A stretch of DNA of 64,000 bases from Gemmatimonadota bacterium (GTDB lineage Bacteria > Gemmatimonadota > Gemmatimonadetes > Palauibacterales > Palauibacteraceae). Position numbers and translations under genes: made by a program. Below, one piece after another: positions 18,537 to 27,467 of the stretch. Every line of letters starts with the position of its first letter. The first letter of the stretch is position 1. Under the pieces are notes generated by a model. It made no database searches. It was not told the origin of the DNA and worked only from the letters and a program-made list of their open reading frames with translations. The stretch is from contig JBDHLB010000009.1 of assembly GCA_039586095.1 (NCBI GenBank), positions 2,160-66,159 of the forward strand, in the 5' to 3' direction.

Positions 18537-20849
18537 TCACACGCGCCGAAAGCCAGTACGGGGAAAGCGGCGTGAGCGTGACGGACGGCGGCTGATAAGC
18601 ACGAGCGGCACGTTCGTCTCGCGCGCGATAGCCAGCGGTAGCTCGCCGAGGCCCGCTCGGCCTCGTGCCAGCCGCGCGGACCCCATGACGACCATGTCGG
18701 CCTCGGCGGCGTGGCCGATGATCGACTGACGGCGATCCGAGGTGCAGTCCACGACGATCTCGTAGGGGCCCGCCGCCTCGTCGCGCGCCAGCGCTCGTAT
18801 CTGGCGCTCGGCCTGACCGCGTAGCTCGTCCGATACCGATTCCGGCAGCGTTCGCAGGTACGTCAGCGATCGCTCGCCCGAGCGAGAGAGGCTCGCGAGG
18901 AGACGAGCCCGCAGGTGGCTGTGATCGCGCCGGCCGCCAATCGGGACCAGGATCTTCCGAGCCTCGGACATGTGCCAGCGATGCGGTGCGCGCAGGATGA
19001 CCACGTCGGTGTCCAGCTCTGCCAGCAGGCCCTCGAGCCGAGCCTCGGTGTCGGGCGCGTTCAAGTCCGGTAGCCCCACCAGCACGGTCTCGCAACCGTG
19101 TCCGTCCGCCACCCGGGCGATCTCGCGCCATACGTCCGGCGCGATGGTGAACAGCGTCTCGGCGACCAGAGAGTGCTCGAGGCTGCGCTGCAGCGACTCG
19201 CCGAGCACGCCCTGCGCGTTCTGGAGAGCGGGATGTCGCTCGGCCAGATCGTCCAGTCCTGCCACCTCGGTTTGTATCTCGGATGGTGTTTCTACGCGTG
19301 CGCCCGGTACTGGTGCGGGCTCGGACGGCGTATGTACAACAGACAGGAGCAGCACGCGGCCCGTGCCGGGTGTCCGAAGCGTGACCGCCACATCGACGAG
19401 GCTCGCCGCGCTGGCCGGATTGGCGATCGGCACCAGTACCAGCGGGCTTCTGCCCCGCAGACGAGCCAGGTCAGGATCGCGCGCCTGGGCCGAAGCATCC
19501 GCCAGTCGGGCCCCGGGTGCGAACAGCGTCCAGTACAGAATCCCGCCCACGCCCAGCCACAGCGCGACGACCCAGCCCGCCTCGGGCACGGCAATCGCCT
19601 GGAAGGCCGCCAGACCCAGGCAGAGCAGCGAGCCGGCCACGGGGACGAGCGCGGACCGCCGCTGGCCGGCCTCGGGCTGAGCGGAACGTCGCCGCACGAG
19701 AAGCGCCGCCCAGTGCACGATCGTAAAGGCGATCAGGAAGATGAGACTCGAGGCGGCACCACCCACCGCCACGTTCCCTACGGCGATCGCGATGGCGGCC
19801 ACCATGGCACCCGTGACTGCGACGGCGACCGCGGGAACGCCGCTCGGCCCGTGTGTCTGCCCCATGCGGCGCGGCAGCGAACGGTCGCGGGCCATGGCGA
19901 AACCGACCCGCGAAGCGCCCAGAAGATTCGCACGCAGCGCGGTCACCATCGACAGCACACCCGCCGCGATCACGAGCCAGTAGCCGGCCGGGCCGAGGAA
20001 GCGCTCCGTGGCGTCCGCTACCAACCCTTCCGGGTTGGCCGCAGCGGCCTCCGCGATGCCTCCCTCCCCGGCCCCCACGGTCGCGAGCAGGAAGAGAAGG
20101 GGAAGGTAGATGGCGAGCGCGATCCCCAGAGACAGGTACATGGCTTGCGGCAAGTTGCGCTCCGGATCGCGCACCTCGCCGCCCACCGCCGCGATCAGGT
20201 CGAAGCCCTGGAGCGCGATGAACGTGTAGCCCATCGCCTGGATGACGCCGACCGGACCGGCCACGAGAAAGGGGCTCAACCGGTCCACGAGCTCCGACGG
20301 CGCGCCGCGGATCCACGCCACGAGCCCGGCTCCGATCAGAACAATGAAGACGATGACCTTGCCGACAGTCGCGCCGTTGCCGCCCCCACGGGTTCGTCGC
20401 AACAGGCTCGCCGCATACAACCCGATGGCCGCGACGGCGATGGCCACTCGCAGGTCGGGGCGTCGCAGCCAGTCCGACGAGACCTCGAGGTCCGCAAGCG
20501 CCCTGCCGACGCCTTCGGCGGCGAACGCGGCGAAGCCCAGCGCGTACAGCACTCCGGCCATGATCGAGGCGAACCAAACCACCCAACCCACCACGAAGGC
20601 GATCTCGATCGAGAAGACCTTCTTGGCGTAGGCGTAAATGCCCCCGGACTCGGGGAACCGCTTCGCCAGCTCGGCGAAGCTGGCCACCGTCAGGAAGGCG
20701 ATGCCGCCGTTGAGGGCGAAGGCGACGATGGCGCCGGGCCCGGCCGTCGCGAACGCGACACCCGCCAGGGCGAGGATGCCTCCGCCGACGATGGCACCCA
20801 CCCCGAGCGCGGTTGCCCCGAACAGGCCGATATGCCGGTCGCTCACCAT
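18537..20849 (-). CDS. APC-family permease fused to C-terminal tandem universal-stress-protein (Usp) domains
   Basis: APC core GLFGATALGVGAIVGGGILALAG...FPESGGIYAY. The C-terminus has Usp-like units (SPLVLVPIANP...; KILVPIGGR...ADMVVMGSARLARGRAGLGELPLAIARETNVPLVLISRR). Confidence 0.85.
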   Translation of the reverse strand: MVSDRHIGLFGATALGVGAIVGGGILALAGVAFATAGPGAIVAFALNGGIAFLTVASFAELAKRFPESGGIYAYAKKVFSIEIAFVVGWVVWFASIMAGVLYALGFAAFAAEGVGRALADLEVSSDWLRRPDLRVAIAVAAIGLYAASLLRRTRGGGNGATVGKVIVFIVLIGAGLVAWIRGAPSELVDRLSPFLVAGPVGVIQAMGYTFIALQGFDLIAAVGGEVRDPERNLPQAMYLSLGIALAIYLPLLFLLATVGAGEGGIAEAAAANPEGLVADATERFLGPAGYWLVIAAGVLSMVTALRANLLGASRVGFAMARDRSLPRRMGQTHGPSGVPAVAVAVTGAMVAAIAIAVGNVAVGGAASSLIFLIAFTIVHWAALLVRRRSAQPEAGQRRSALVPVAGSLLCLGLAAFQAIAVPEAGWVVALWLGVGGILYWTLFAPGARLADASAQARDPDLARLRGRSPLVLVPIANPASAASLVDVAVTLRTPGTGRVLLLSVVHTPSEPAPVPGARVETPSEIQTEVAGLDDLAERHPALQNAQGVLGESLQRSLEHSLVAETLFTIAPDVWREIARVADGHGCETVLVGLPDLNAPDTEARLEGLLAELDTDVVILRAPHRWHMSEARKILVPIGGRRDHSHLRARLLASLSRSGERSLTYLRTLPESVSDELRGQAERQIRALARDEAAGPYEIVVDCTSDRRQSIIGHAAEADMVVMGSARLARGRAGLGELPLAIARETNVPLVLISRRPSRSRRFPRTGFRRV

Positions 20850-20856
20850 GGCTTGT

Positions 20857-23136
20857 CTAGCCGAGAATCCTCTTTAGAAGGGATTTGATCGTGCCCTCGT
20901 AGCGCTTGACCAGCATGACGGAGGTTGGCGAGTAGCGGACCACTTTCGCGGCGATCTCGCCCACGAGGAGCGGTCGGAACAGCGGTTCCTTGGCCGCGCC
21001 CAGTACGACGAGATCGAAATCCCTGCCAGCCTTCGCGATCCCGCCCGCGACCGAGCCGGACTCGATGAGCTTCTTGTCGACGGCCACGCCACCGTCGAGC
21101 CGTGCGAGCGTCTTGTCGATCCACAGGTCCGCGTCGTCACGCTGCACCTGGGAAGCCTCGGGCGGCACGACATAGCACGCGGTCACGGTCATCTGCCTCG
21201 CTCTGGCGAGAATGCCGAGGTATTCGGCGGCCAATCTGGCGTGCGGGCCGCCGGCCGTCGGGAGCAGCGCGTTACGGAAACCGCTATCGCCCCTGATCTT
21301 GAGGAGCATGAGATCGCACGGTGCGTGACGGATCACGTGGTCGGCGACCTCACCGAACAGACGGTCCCGCGTGTTCGTGTAGCCCTTCCAGCCCATCAAG
21401 AGCAGATCCGCCCGGAGACGCCGTGCCGCGGAGAGGATGCCGTCATGCACGTGGTGGGCGATCACGACTTCCGTGTCGACATCGACGCCGTGCCGCTTGG
21501 CGCGCTCGTGGGCCAGGCGGAACAGACGATCCTTGTGGTGCAGGTAGCGCAGCCCCTCGTGGACCGGGAGCTGCCTGGGAACGTTCACCACCGCCAGGGC
21601 CACAATGTGTCCCCGGTGCTCACGGGCGATCGGCGCCGCCGTGTCGATCAGAACGTTCACCGTGTCGGGATTCGACAGCGGCACCAGCACGGAATACCCG
21701 CTGCGTATCTCGGCCGGTACGGCTCCCGGAACCAGCACCTGCGGCATCTCGTGCACGGCCTGCTTCTCGGAGTACGCGAAGTAGATGAGCAGTCCGAGCA
21801 CGATCCAGCCGATCGTCACGTACCAGGCGACCGGCTGGAACCGGAACTGATACAGCGCGAGAAACACGTTCAGCCCGAAACCCAGAATCGGTACGAGAGG
21901 ATAGAACGGCACCTTGTACCGACGCTCGATCTGGGGCGCCTTCCGCCGCAGAACAATCACCGAGAGGTTCACGAGGGCGAACGTGAGGAGAAAGATCAGG
22001 CTCGCGGCCGAGCCGACAGTCTCGATCGGCAGGGCAAGCGCCATGCCAAGCAGGATTACCCCGGTGACGATGATCGCCACGCGGGGAGTCCGCCGCTTCC
22101 GGTCGATCTTGGAGATCGGTTCGGGGAGCCAGGCGTCGCGTCCCATCGAAAAGGCGACCCTGGAAGCGGCCATCACGGTCGCGTTGAGTGCGGAGGTGGT
22201 CGACAGCAGGCCTCCGAACACGATGACCGCCACGCCGAAGGCCGGCATGAAATCCTCCGCGGCCCGGACGATCGCCGTCTCCTTGTACCGGCCCAGGAAC
22301 TGCCAGGTCGGAGTGTCACCCGCATCCACGGCGCCGAGCGACACGAACAGGATGAGCAGGTACATCGTGATCGCGATCGCGAGCGCGATGAAGGTCGCCC
22401 TGGGGATGTTCTTCTCGGGCTCCTTGATCTCCTCGGCGACCGTGGCGATGAGGTCGTAGCCCTCGAAGGCGATGAACGTGAGGCCCATCGCGACGAGAAC
22501 TCCACCGGCGCCCAGTGGGAAGAATGGCTGGAAGCTGTCCGCTGCGGCCCCAGGCTCCACCGCCACTCGCTTGAGGCCGTAAAAGATGAAGATCGACAGC
22601 ACGACGAGCTTGGACATCGTCAGGGCGTTCTCGGCGAAGCCGGTTACCTCGGTGCCGCGGGTGTTCAGCCGGACGAACAGGGCACCGACGATAACGGTGA
22701 CGAGTGCCACCGCCCCGCGATCCCCGAGGAGTTCCAGCGCTCCATGCCCGAACTCGGGCAGGTACTTGAGGAAAAACTCCCAGAAGTAGCCGGCGAAGCC
22801 CAGGGCGTAGAGGCTACACGCAACCGTGTAGGCGAACCACAGCATCCAGCCCGCAGTGAATCCCAGGGGTCCCGGAAAGGCCATGCGCACGAAGGAATAG
22901 CCACCGCCCGCTCGGGGGATTGCGGAGGCGAGCTCGGCGTACGCGAACGCGGTCAGCAAGGTCACGGCGCCGTTGAGCGCGAAGGCGAGGATCGACGCAG
23001 GCCCCGCCACGCCCGCGGCGATCCCCGTCAGAACGAAGATGCCTGCTCCGATCATGGCGCCGACACCGATCATCGTGGCGTCGAACAGGCCCAGATCGCG
23101 AGCGAACGTGACTTCCGACTTCTGGCTGTCGGCCAT
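20857..23136 (-). CDS. APC-family permease fused to C-terminal tandem Usp domains (paralog of the downstream gene)
   Basis: APC core GLFDATMIGVGAMIGAGIFVLTG...IPRAGGGYSF. The C-terminus has Usp units (YSVLVPLSNP...ADLLLMGWKG...APCDLMLLK; NALLPTAGGP...FDLVVLGAAKEP...SPTSVMLVKR). Only 7 nt separate it from the next APC-Usp gene. Confidence 0.85.
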   Translation of the reverse strand: MADSQKSEVTFARDLGLFDATMIGVGAMIGAGIFVLTGIAAGVAGPASILAFALNGAVTLLTAFAYAELASAIPRAGGGYSFVRMAFPGPLGFTAGWMLWFAYTVACSLYALGFAGYFWEFFLKYLPEFGHGALELLGDRGAVALVTVIVGALFVRLNTRGTEVTGFAENALTMSKLVVLSIFIFYGLKRVAVEPGAAADSFQPFFPLGAGGVLVAMGLTFIAFEGYDLIATVAEEIKEPEKNIPRATFIALAIAITMYLLILFVSLGAVDAGDTPTWQFLGRYKETAIVRAAEDFMPAFGVAVIVFGGLLSTTSALNATVMAASRVAFSMGRDAWLPEPISKIDRKRRTPRVAIIVTGVILLGMALALPIETVGSAASLIFLLTFALVNLSVIVLRRKAPQIERRYKVPFYPLVPILGFGLNVFLALYQFRFQPVAWYVTIGWIVLGLLIYFAYSEKQAVHEMPQVLVPGAVPAEIRSGYSVLVPLSNPDTVNVLIDTAAPIAREHRGHIVALAVVNVPRQLPVHEGLRYLHHKDRLFRLAHERAKRHGVDVDTEVVIAHHVHDGILSAARRLRADLLLMGWKGYTNTRDRLFGEVADHVIRHAPCDLMLLKIRGDSGFRNALLPTAGGPHARLAAEYLGILARARQMTVTACYVVPPEASQVQRDDADLWIDKTLARLDGGVAVDKKLIESGSVAGGIAKAGRDFDLVVLGAAKEPLFRPLLVGEIAAKVVRYSPTSVMLVKRYEGTIKSLLKRILG

Positions 23137-23291
23137 CCGGTCTACCGACTTCTAACAGCGGAGATCAGCGGTCGTGCATCCGCGCCAAGCTGCGGCGGGA
23201 TAAATGTCCGGCACATGCCGTCAATTGACAACGATAGGCACGCTTCCCTCAGCGCCTAACGCGCCCGAATCAGGCGCGCTCCCGTCTAGTC

Positions 23292-23807
23292 TCAGCCCGA
23301 CACCCTCCGTCGGAACGTCGAGCCCACGAAACGGACGAACACGAAGCCGGTCTGACAGATGTTCCCGATAAGCGCCGTCACGTAGAGGGCCGCGGGGTTC
23401 CCGATCGGGAGGTCCAGGAGCACGATGATGAGACTCGCCTGCTCGATGAACTCGATCGATGTGACGATGATGACGGCCAGTCGGTCGGGCTCGATTTCCT
23501 CTTGAACGGGCCGGTATCCCGAGACGAGCGCCCAGATGATTCCGTACCCGAAGACCAGAAACAGCCCACTGCTCACGCGCCAGGTCGTCTCGGGCTCCAG
23601 TCCGTAGCCCGACAGGCCGACCGGTACGAGCGCGGCGGCGATTCCGGCCACGCTGGACCCGATCACGAGGCGAAGCCGGAGCAGGTCGTGGATCGCCTGC
23701 CCCTGGATGCGCGTCCCCGGCCGGATGACGCTCACCAGCGCCGCGAAGCCGGCGAAGGCGGCGGCGATCTCGGCCAATGCCAGCAGCGTATCCGTGTTGT
23801 CGAGCAT
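23292..23807 (-). CDS. Small integral membrane protein (about 5 TM), third gene of the TPR/TIR operon
   Basis: 171 aa with five hydrophobic helices (LLALAEIAAAFAGFAALVSVI, LVIGSSVAGIAAALVPVGL, SSGLFLVFGYGIIWALVSGY, LAVIIVTSIEFIEQASLIIVLL, AALYVTALIGNICQTGFVFVRFV). The ATG is 6 nt after the TIR gene stop. No family recognised. Confidence 0.65.
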   Translation of the reverse strand: MLDNTDTLLALAEIAAAFAGFAALVSVIRPGTRIQGQAIHDLLRLRLVIGSSVAGIAAALVPVGLSGYGLEPETTWRVSSGLFLVFGYGIIWALVSGYRPVQEEIEPDRLAVIIVTSIEFIEQASLIIVLLDLPIGNPAALYVTALIGNICQTGFVFVRFVGSTFRRRVSG

Positions 23808-23813
23808 GTCTCT

Positions 23814-24848
23814 TCAGTCCCCCTGGCAAGTTTCCGTCTCGACGACGCGTCTTTCTTCGAGCTGACAGACGGCCTCACCGTCGAAACCGCAGGCCACGCC
23901 CGAAGCCGAGGCGGTGCAATCCCAGACTTGTGCTTCCGGACTGGCGGACGTGAGGCGAAACGAAGTCGTCGCCGCAAAGCCGCGACACAGTCGGTCGGCT
24001 TCGCGTCCTGCCCGCTCGAGAGCCACGGCCCGAGCCTCGGCTTCGCCTGCCTGGCGGTCTGTAGACGGGCCGACGTACAGGACGAGCCGCCGTTCGGACG
24101 GCTCCCACACCTCGGTCTGCATCACCTGGCGGGCCGCGATCAGGCTAGCGGCGGCTTCCCGGAACGCGCCTTCAGGGTACGCCTCGACGTGGTCGCGAAG
24201 AGCCTGACAGCTCCCTGGCTCGCGCGACTCCCATGCGAGGCGTTCCGCCTTCGTCGGCCGGCCGCCGAATCCCCAAGCGCCGCAAGCGTCGGAAACAAGG
24301 GGCTGGATTACGGGAATCGCACACAGCTGACTCTGAGCCGCGAAGAGATTGAAACCGAAGACGGCAGCGGTCGTGAGTCCGCTCGCGAGCGCCCCGTAGG
24401 TGATCCTCTGCATCAGCCGCTTTCGGGGCCCTCTGGGGGCGGGCACAACGGTTCCGGCAAGTCTTGCCCGCAGCGTGGCGCAAAGGTCTCGGAAGAAGGC
24501 ATTGCGGCGGCTGCCCCCCCACCGTCTCAGATCGATGGCCTGGATCTCTCCGAAGCCGAGCGGTGGATCCACCTTCTGCAGAAGCACGGGAACGATGATG
24601 CCGCGGGACTTGGCCCACCTCGCCTCCTCGCGCACGAACTCCCCTGCCGGTCCCACGCTGCTCTTCGTCCACAGGACGACGACGCACTTCGCCGTTTCCA
24701 ACGCGGACTCGATCTGTACGTGCCAGTTCTTTCCGCTGGGCAGATCCTCGTGAGACCAGACGCCGAAGCCCTCCGCCTGAAGGGCGCGGATCAACCGAGC
24801 GGCTCGCGCCCGATCGTCCTCTACGTAGGCAACGAAGATGTCGCTCAC
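23814..24848 (-). CDS. TIR-domain protein: N-terminal TIR_2 domain, one TM helix, C-terminal Cys-rich extracytoplasmic domain
   Basis: The TIR_2 pattern sits at the N-terminus: SDIFVAYVEDDRARAARLIRALQAEGFGVW...NWHVQIESALETAKCVVVLWTKSSVGPAGEFVREEARWAKSRGIIVPVLL. The TM helix is ITYGALASGLTTAAVFGFNLFAA. The C-terminal ~190 aa contain 8 Cys. There is no in-frame ATG before the TIR domain, so I use GTG 24848, which forms a GTGA overlap with the upstream gene's stop. The track ORF 23814..25301 runs further 5' inside the TPR gene. Confidence 0.8.
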   Translation of the reverse strand: MSDIFVAYVEDDRARAARLIRALQAEGFGVWSHEDLPSGKNWHVQIESALETAKCVVVLWTKSSVGPAGEFVREEARWAKSRGIIVPVLLQKVDPPLGFGEIQAIDLRRWGGSRRNAFFRDLCATLRARLAGTVVPAPRGPRKRLMQRITYGALASGLTTAAVFGFNLFAAQSQLCAIPVIQPLVSDACGAWGFGGRPTKAERLAWESREPGSCQALRDHVEAYPEGAFREAAASLIAARQVMQTEVWEPSERRLVLYVGPSTDRQAGEAEARAVALERAGREADRLCRGFAATTSFRLTSASPEAQVWDCTASASGVACGFDGEAVCQLEERRVVETETCQGD

Positions 24849-26770
24849 AGGCCCGCTCGCCGCTTCAGGCTGTCTGCTATCCACCGGTCGCGCGGGGTGA
24901 GGATGCCCAGCGCTTCCATCCGCTCCGCCACTTCGACGCCGCCCTCGGCGTATTCCTTCTCTCGCGTGAGCTCGAACATCTTCCCGTAGCTCATCAACAG
25001 GTCCCGCTGCCAGACGGCATTGACCGGATCCAGCTCGACCAGTCGCTCTCTGACCTCCAGCGAGGCGCGGAAGCTCTGCGCGGCGCCCACGCTGTCTTCC
25101 TGAACCACCAGTACAACGCCCAACAAGCTCCAAGTCGTGGCGAGATCTCGCTGCCAGCCTGCGTTTCCCGGGTCCGTCGCCGCCAGCCGCTCCTTGATCT
25201 CCAGCGATGTGCGGAGGTGATCCTCCGAGCCGGTGAAGTCCTCGAGCCACCCGAGTGCATCGGACGCGAGGTCGTGGGTGAGCGAGAGGCCCCACTGCCA
25301 TTGGGCGTTGCTAGGGTCCGTCGCCACCAACCGCTGCCCGATCTCGAGCGCCGCCTGATAACGCTCGAGCGCGCCGGAATAGTCCCCCTCGGCCTTGAGC
25401 GCGTTGCCCACCCGCTCGTGTGCGACCGCCAGGTCCCGCTGCCAGGACGAGTTGGTCGGATCCCTCGCGGCCAACCGTTGACGGATCCTGAGCGCCATGC
25501 GGTAGTTCCTGGCGGCGTCGGTGAAGCTCCGCTGTCTTTGCAGCACATCTCCCATGTCGATGTGGACGAAGGCCAGGTCCCGCTGCCAGATGCGGTTGCT
25601 CGGCTCGGTCGCCAGGAGTCGGCGCATGACCCTGAGCGCGGTCCGATGGGCTTCAAGCGCGCCGGACAGGTCACCCAGGCTCTCGAGCATCTGACCCACC
25701 CTGCCGTGAGAGACCACCAGACCGCGCTGTAAGTCGGCGTTGTCGGGAAACAGCGCGGCCAGGCGTTCTCGTATTTCGAGCGAGGCCTGGTAGCTGGCGA
25801 GCGCGCCCTGAAGGTCTCCCTGGTCCGCGAGGATTTGGCCTATCCGGCCGTGGTCGACCGTGACGTCGTTCAGCCGGCCCAGATCGTCGGAATCCGCCGC
25901 GGCCAGCCGTTCCTGGATCACCAGCGAGGCACGGTACTGCTCGAGCGCGTCATCCAGGTTGCCTTGATCTCGGAGGACGTCGCCGAGCTCGATGAGAGCG
26001 ATCGACCGCTCCCGGTCAGTCGCAGCCGTAGCGGTGGCTCGATCCGCTGCCTGCAGAGCCGCCGGGAGGTCCCCCGCGTCCGTGTAGAGCCGGCTCAACA
26101 CCACCCAGTCCCAGTAGACATCCGGGTCAAGCCCGGTGACTTCTTCGAAACGGGCGATCACTTCCGATGTCGAGAGCTTGAGGCGACTTCGAGCCTCGAG
26201 CGCCAGCATCGCGATCCGACGCCCCTCGACGGCGCTCTCGATGTCCATTCGTCGCCGACGGGCCGCGTCGCGGGCCGCACGCAGGTCGTCCAGCACCGCA
26301 AGTGCCCCGATCTCGTCTCCCGCGTTGAAGCGAGCTAGGGCGGCCGCACCTTCGGGGGTCGACGCGATGTCTTCCACCGCGTCTCTGAACACGGAGATCT
26401 CTTGGGCGTATGCTCGATCCTGCTCGGCCAGAGCGGCGACGAACTCCTCCTCCGCTGCCGTCAGCTCGGTCTGGAGGCGGGTGACGTCTTCGGCCCGGCC
26501 GCTTCGCGCGCTCTCCAGCTGGGCTCGCAGATTCTGGATCTCCTCTGCCTGCTGTCGAATCCGGGTATCCGCCGCGCGTGCAGCAGCGACCTGGGTGGCG
26601 GACGCGGCGTAGAGCGCCGCGGCGACCTCGGCACGCACGTCGACCTGGGCAACCTGGTTGGTGGGAGTCTGCCCCGAGAGCGTGCCTGGGGCGATGCAGA
26701 GCCATGTGACGCCAAGAACCGCGCTTGCGGCCGTCACGAGAGACAGCGGTCCAGGTTTGTTCGAGAGCAT
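24845..26770 (-). CDS. Membrane-anchored coiled-coil + TPR-repeat protein
   Basis: I start it at ATG 26770 (MLSNKPGPLSLVTAASAVLGVTWLCIAPG, a signal peptide or anchor). A coiled-coil segment follows (EEIQNLRAQLESARSGRAEDVTRLQTELTAAEEEF). Seven ~42-aa TPR-like units then recur with the pattern SLEIxERLAAxDPxNAxWQRDL...G. Confidence 0.8.
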   Translation of the reverse strand: MLSNKPGPLSLVTAASAVLGVTWLCIAPGTLSGQTPTNQVAQVDVRAEVAAALYAASATQVAAARAADTRIRQQAEEIQNLRAQLESARSGRAEDVTRLQTELTAAEEEFVAALAEQDRAYAQEISVFRDAVEDIASTPEGAAALARFNAGDEIGALAVLDDLRAARDAARRRRMDIESAVEGRRIAMLALEARSRLKLSTSEVIARFEEVTGLDPDVYWDWVVLSRLYTDAGDLPAALQAADRATATAATDRERSIALIELGDVLRDQGNLDDALEQYRASLVIQERLAAADSDDLGRLNDVTVDHGRIGQILADQGDLQGALASYQASLEIRERLAALFPDNADLQRGLVVSHGRVGQMLESLGDLSGALEAHRTALRVMRRLLATEPSNRIWQRDLAFVHIDMGDVLQRQRSFTDAARNYRMALRIRQRLAARDPTNSSWQRDLAVAHERVGNALKAEGDYSGALERYQAALEIGQRLVATDPSNAQWQWGLSLTHDLASDALGWLEDFTGSEDHLRTSLEIKERLAATDPGNAGWQRDLATTWSLLGVVLVVQEDSVGAAQSFRASLEVRERLVELDPVNAVWQRDLLMSYGKMFELTREKEYAEGGVEVAERMEALGILTPRDRWIADSLKRRAGL

Positions 26771-26896
26771 CTGACGAGTATGCAGGAGTGTCGGCTTACT
26801 CTCAACGTCAACTGGACGTCGGAGTGGTTGTGCATGTACGCTGGTAGACGCCGAATGAGGCCGATTCTTGCACTCCATAACCTGGGGAGGATCAGA

Positions 26897-27424
26897 ATGA
26901 AGCGGACAATCTTGCTCTGGAGCCTGGGCGGTCTACTGGCCCTGGCCGCCTGCGCGCAGCCAGCACCCGAGACGACGGAGACCGAAACGGCTGTCGTACA
27001 GGATACCGAAGCCGCCGAGGCCGCCATACGGGCCCTGGTTGACGAGTTTCTGGCCGGTTTCAACGCGGGCGATGCCGAGAGTCTGGCATCTCAATACGCA
27101 GAGGATGCCGTCCAGATGGCGCCGGACGGACCACCTACCGAGGGACCTGAGGCCATCGTCAGATCCATCGCGGAGTTCATGGCAGGGTACACAGCCACGC
27201 AGACCGCCACGGTCGACGAGGTGAGTGTGCACGGCGACATCGCCTTCGCCAGGGGAAGCTGGAACGTGCGCCAGACCCCTGTAGCGGGTGGAGAGGAAGA
27301 GGTCCGAAACGGCAAGTGGCTCACGATCTGTCAGCAACAGGCCGACGGCTCCTGGCAGGTCTGGCGGTGGATCTGGAACCAGGAAAGCGCGTCGATGGGA
27401 GAGGCGGCCACGGAGTCCATGTAG
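26897..27424 (+). CDS. SnoaL-like / DUF4440 (NTF2-fold) lipoprotein
   Basis: The ATG at 26897 is preceded by GGGGAGG. Signal peptide plus lipobox: MKRTILLWSLGGLLALAAC. NTF2-like pattern: IRALVDEFLAGFNAGDAESLASQYAEDAVQMAP...GKWLTICQQQADGSWQVWRWIWN. Confidence 0.75.
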   Translation: MKRTILLWSLGGLLALAACAQPAPETTETETAVVQDTEAAEAAIRALVDEFLAGFNAGDAESLASQYAEDAVQMAPDGPPTEGPEAIVRSIAEFMAGYTATQTATVDEVSVHGDIAFARGSWNVRQTPVAGGEEEVRNGKWLTICQQQADGSWQVWRWIWNQESASMGEAATESM

Positions 27425-27467
27425 CCGCCCCCGCCGTTCTAACTGTCAGAGAAGGGTCTGACGCGCC

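Noticed and set aside
23260-23278. Short hairpin cgcgcc-cgaatca-ggcgcg downstream of the 5-TM gene, considered as the operon terminator
   Set aside because: The stem is only 6 bp and no U-tract follows on the minus strand. In DNA this GC-rich, such hairpins arise by chance.
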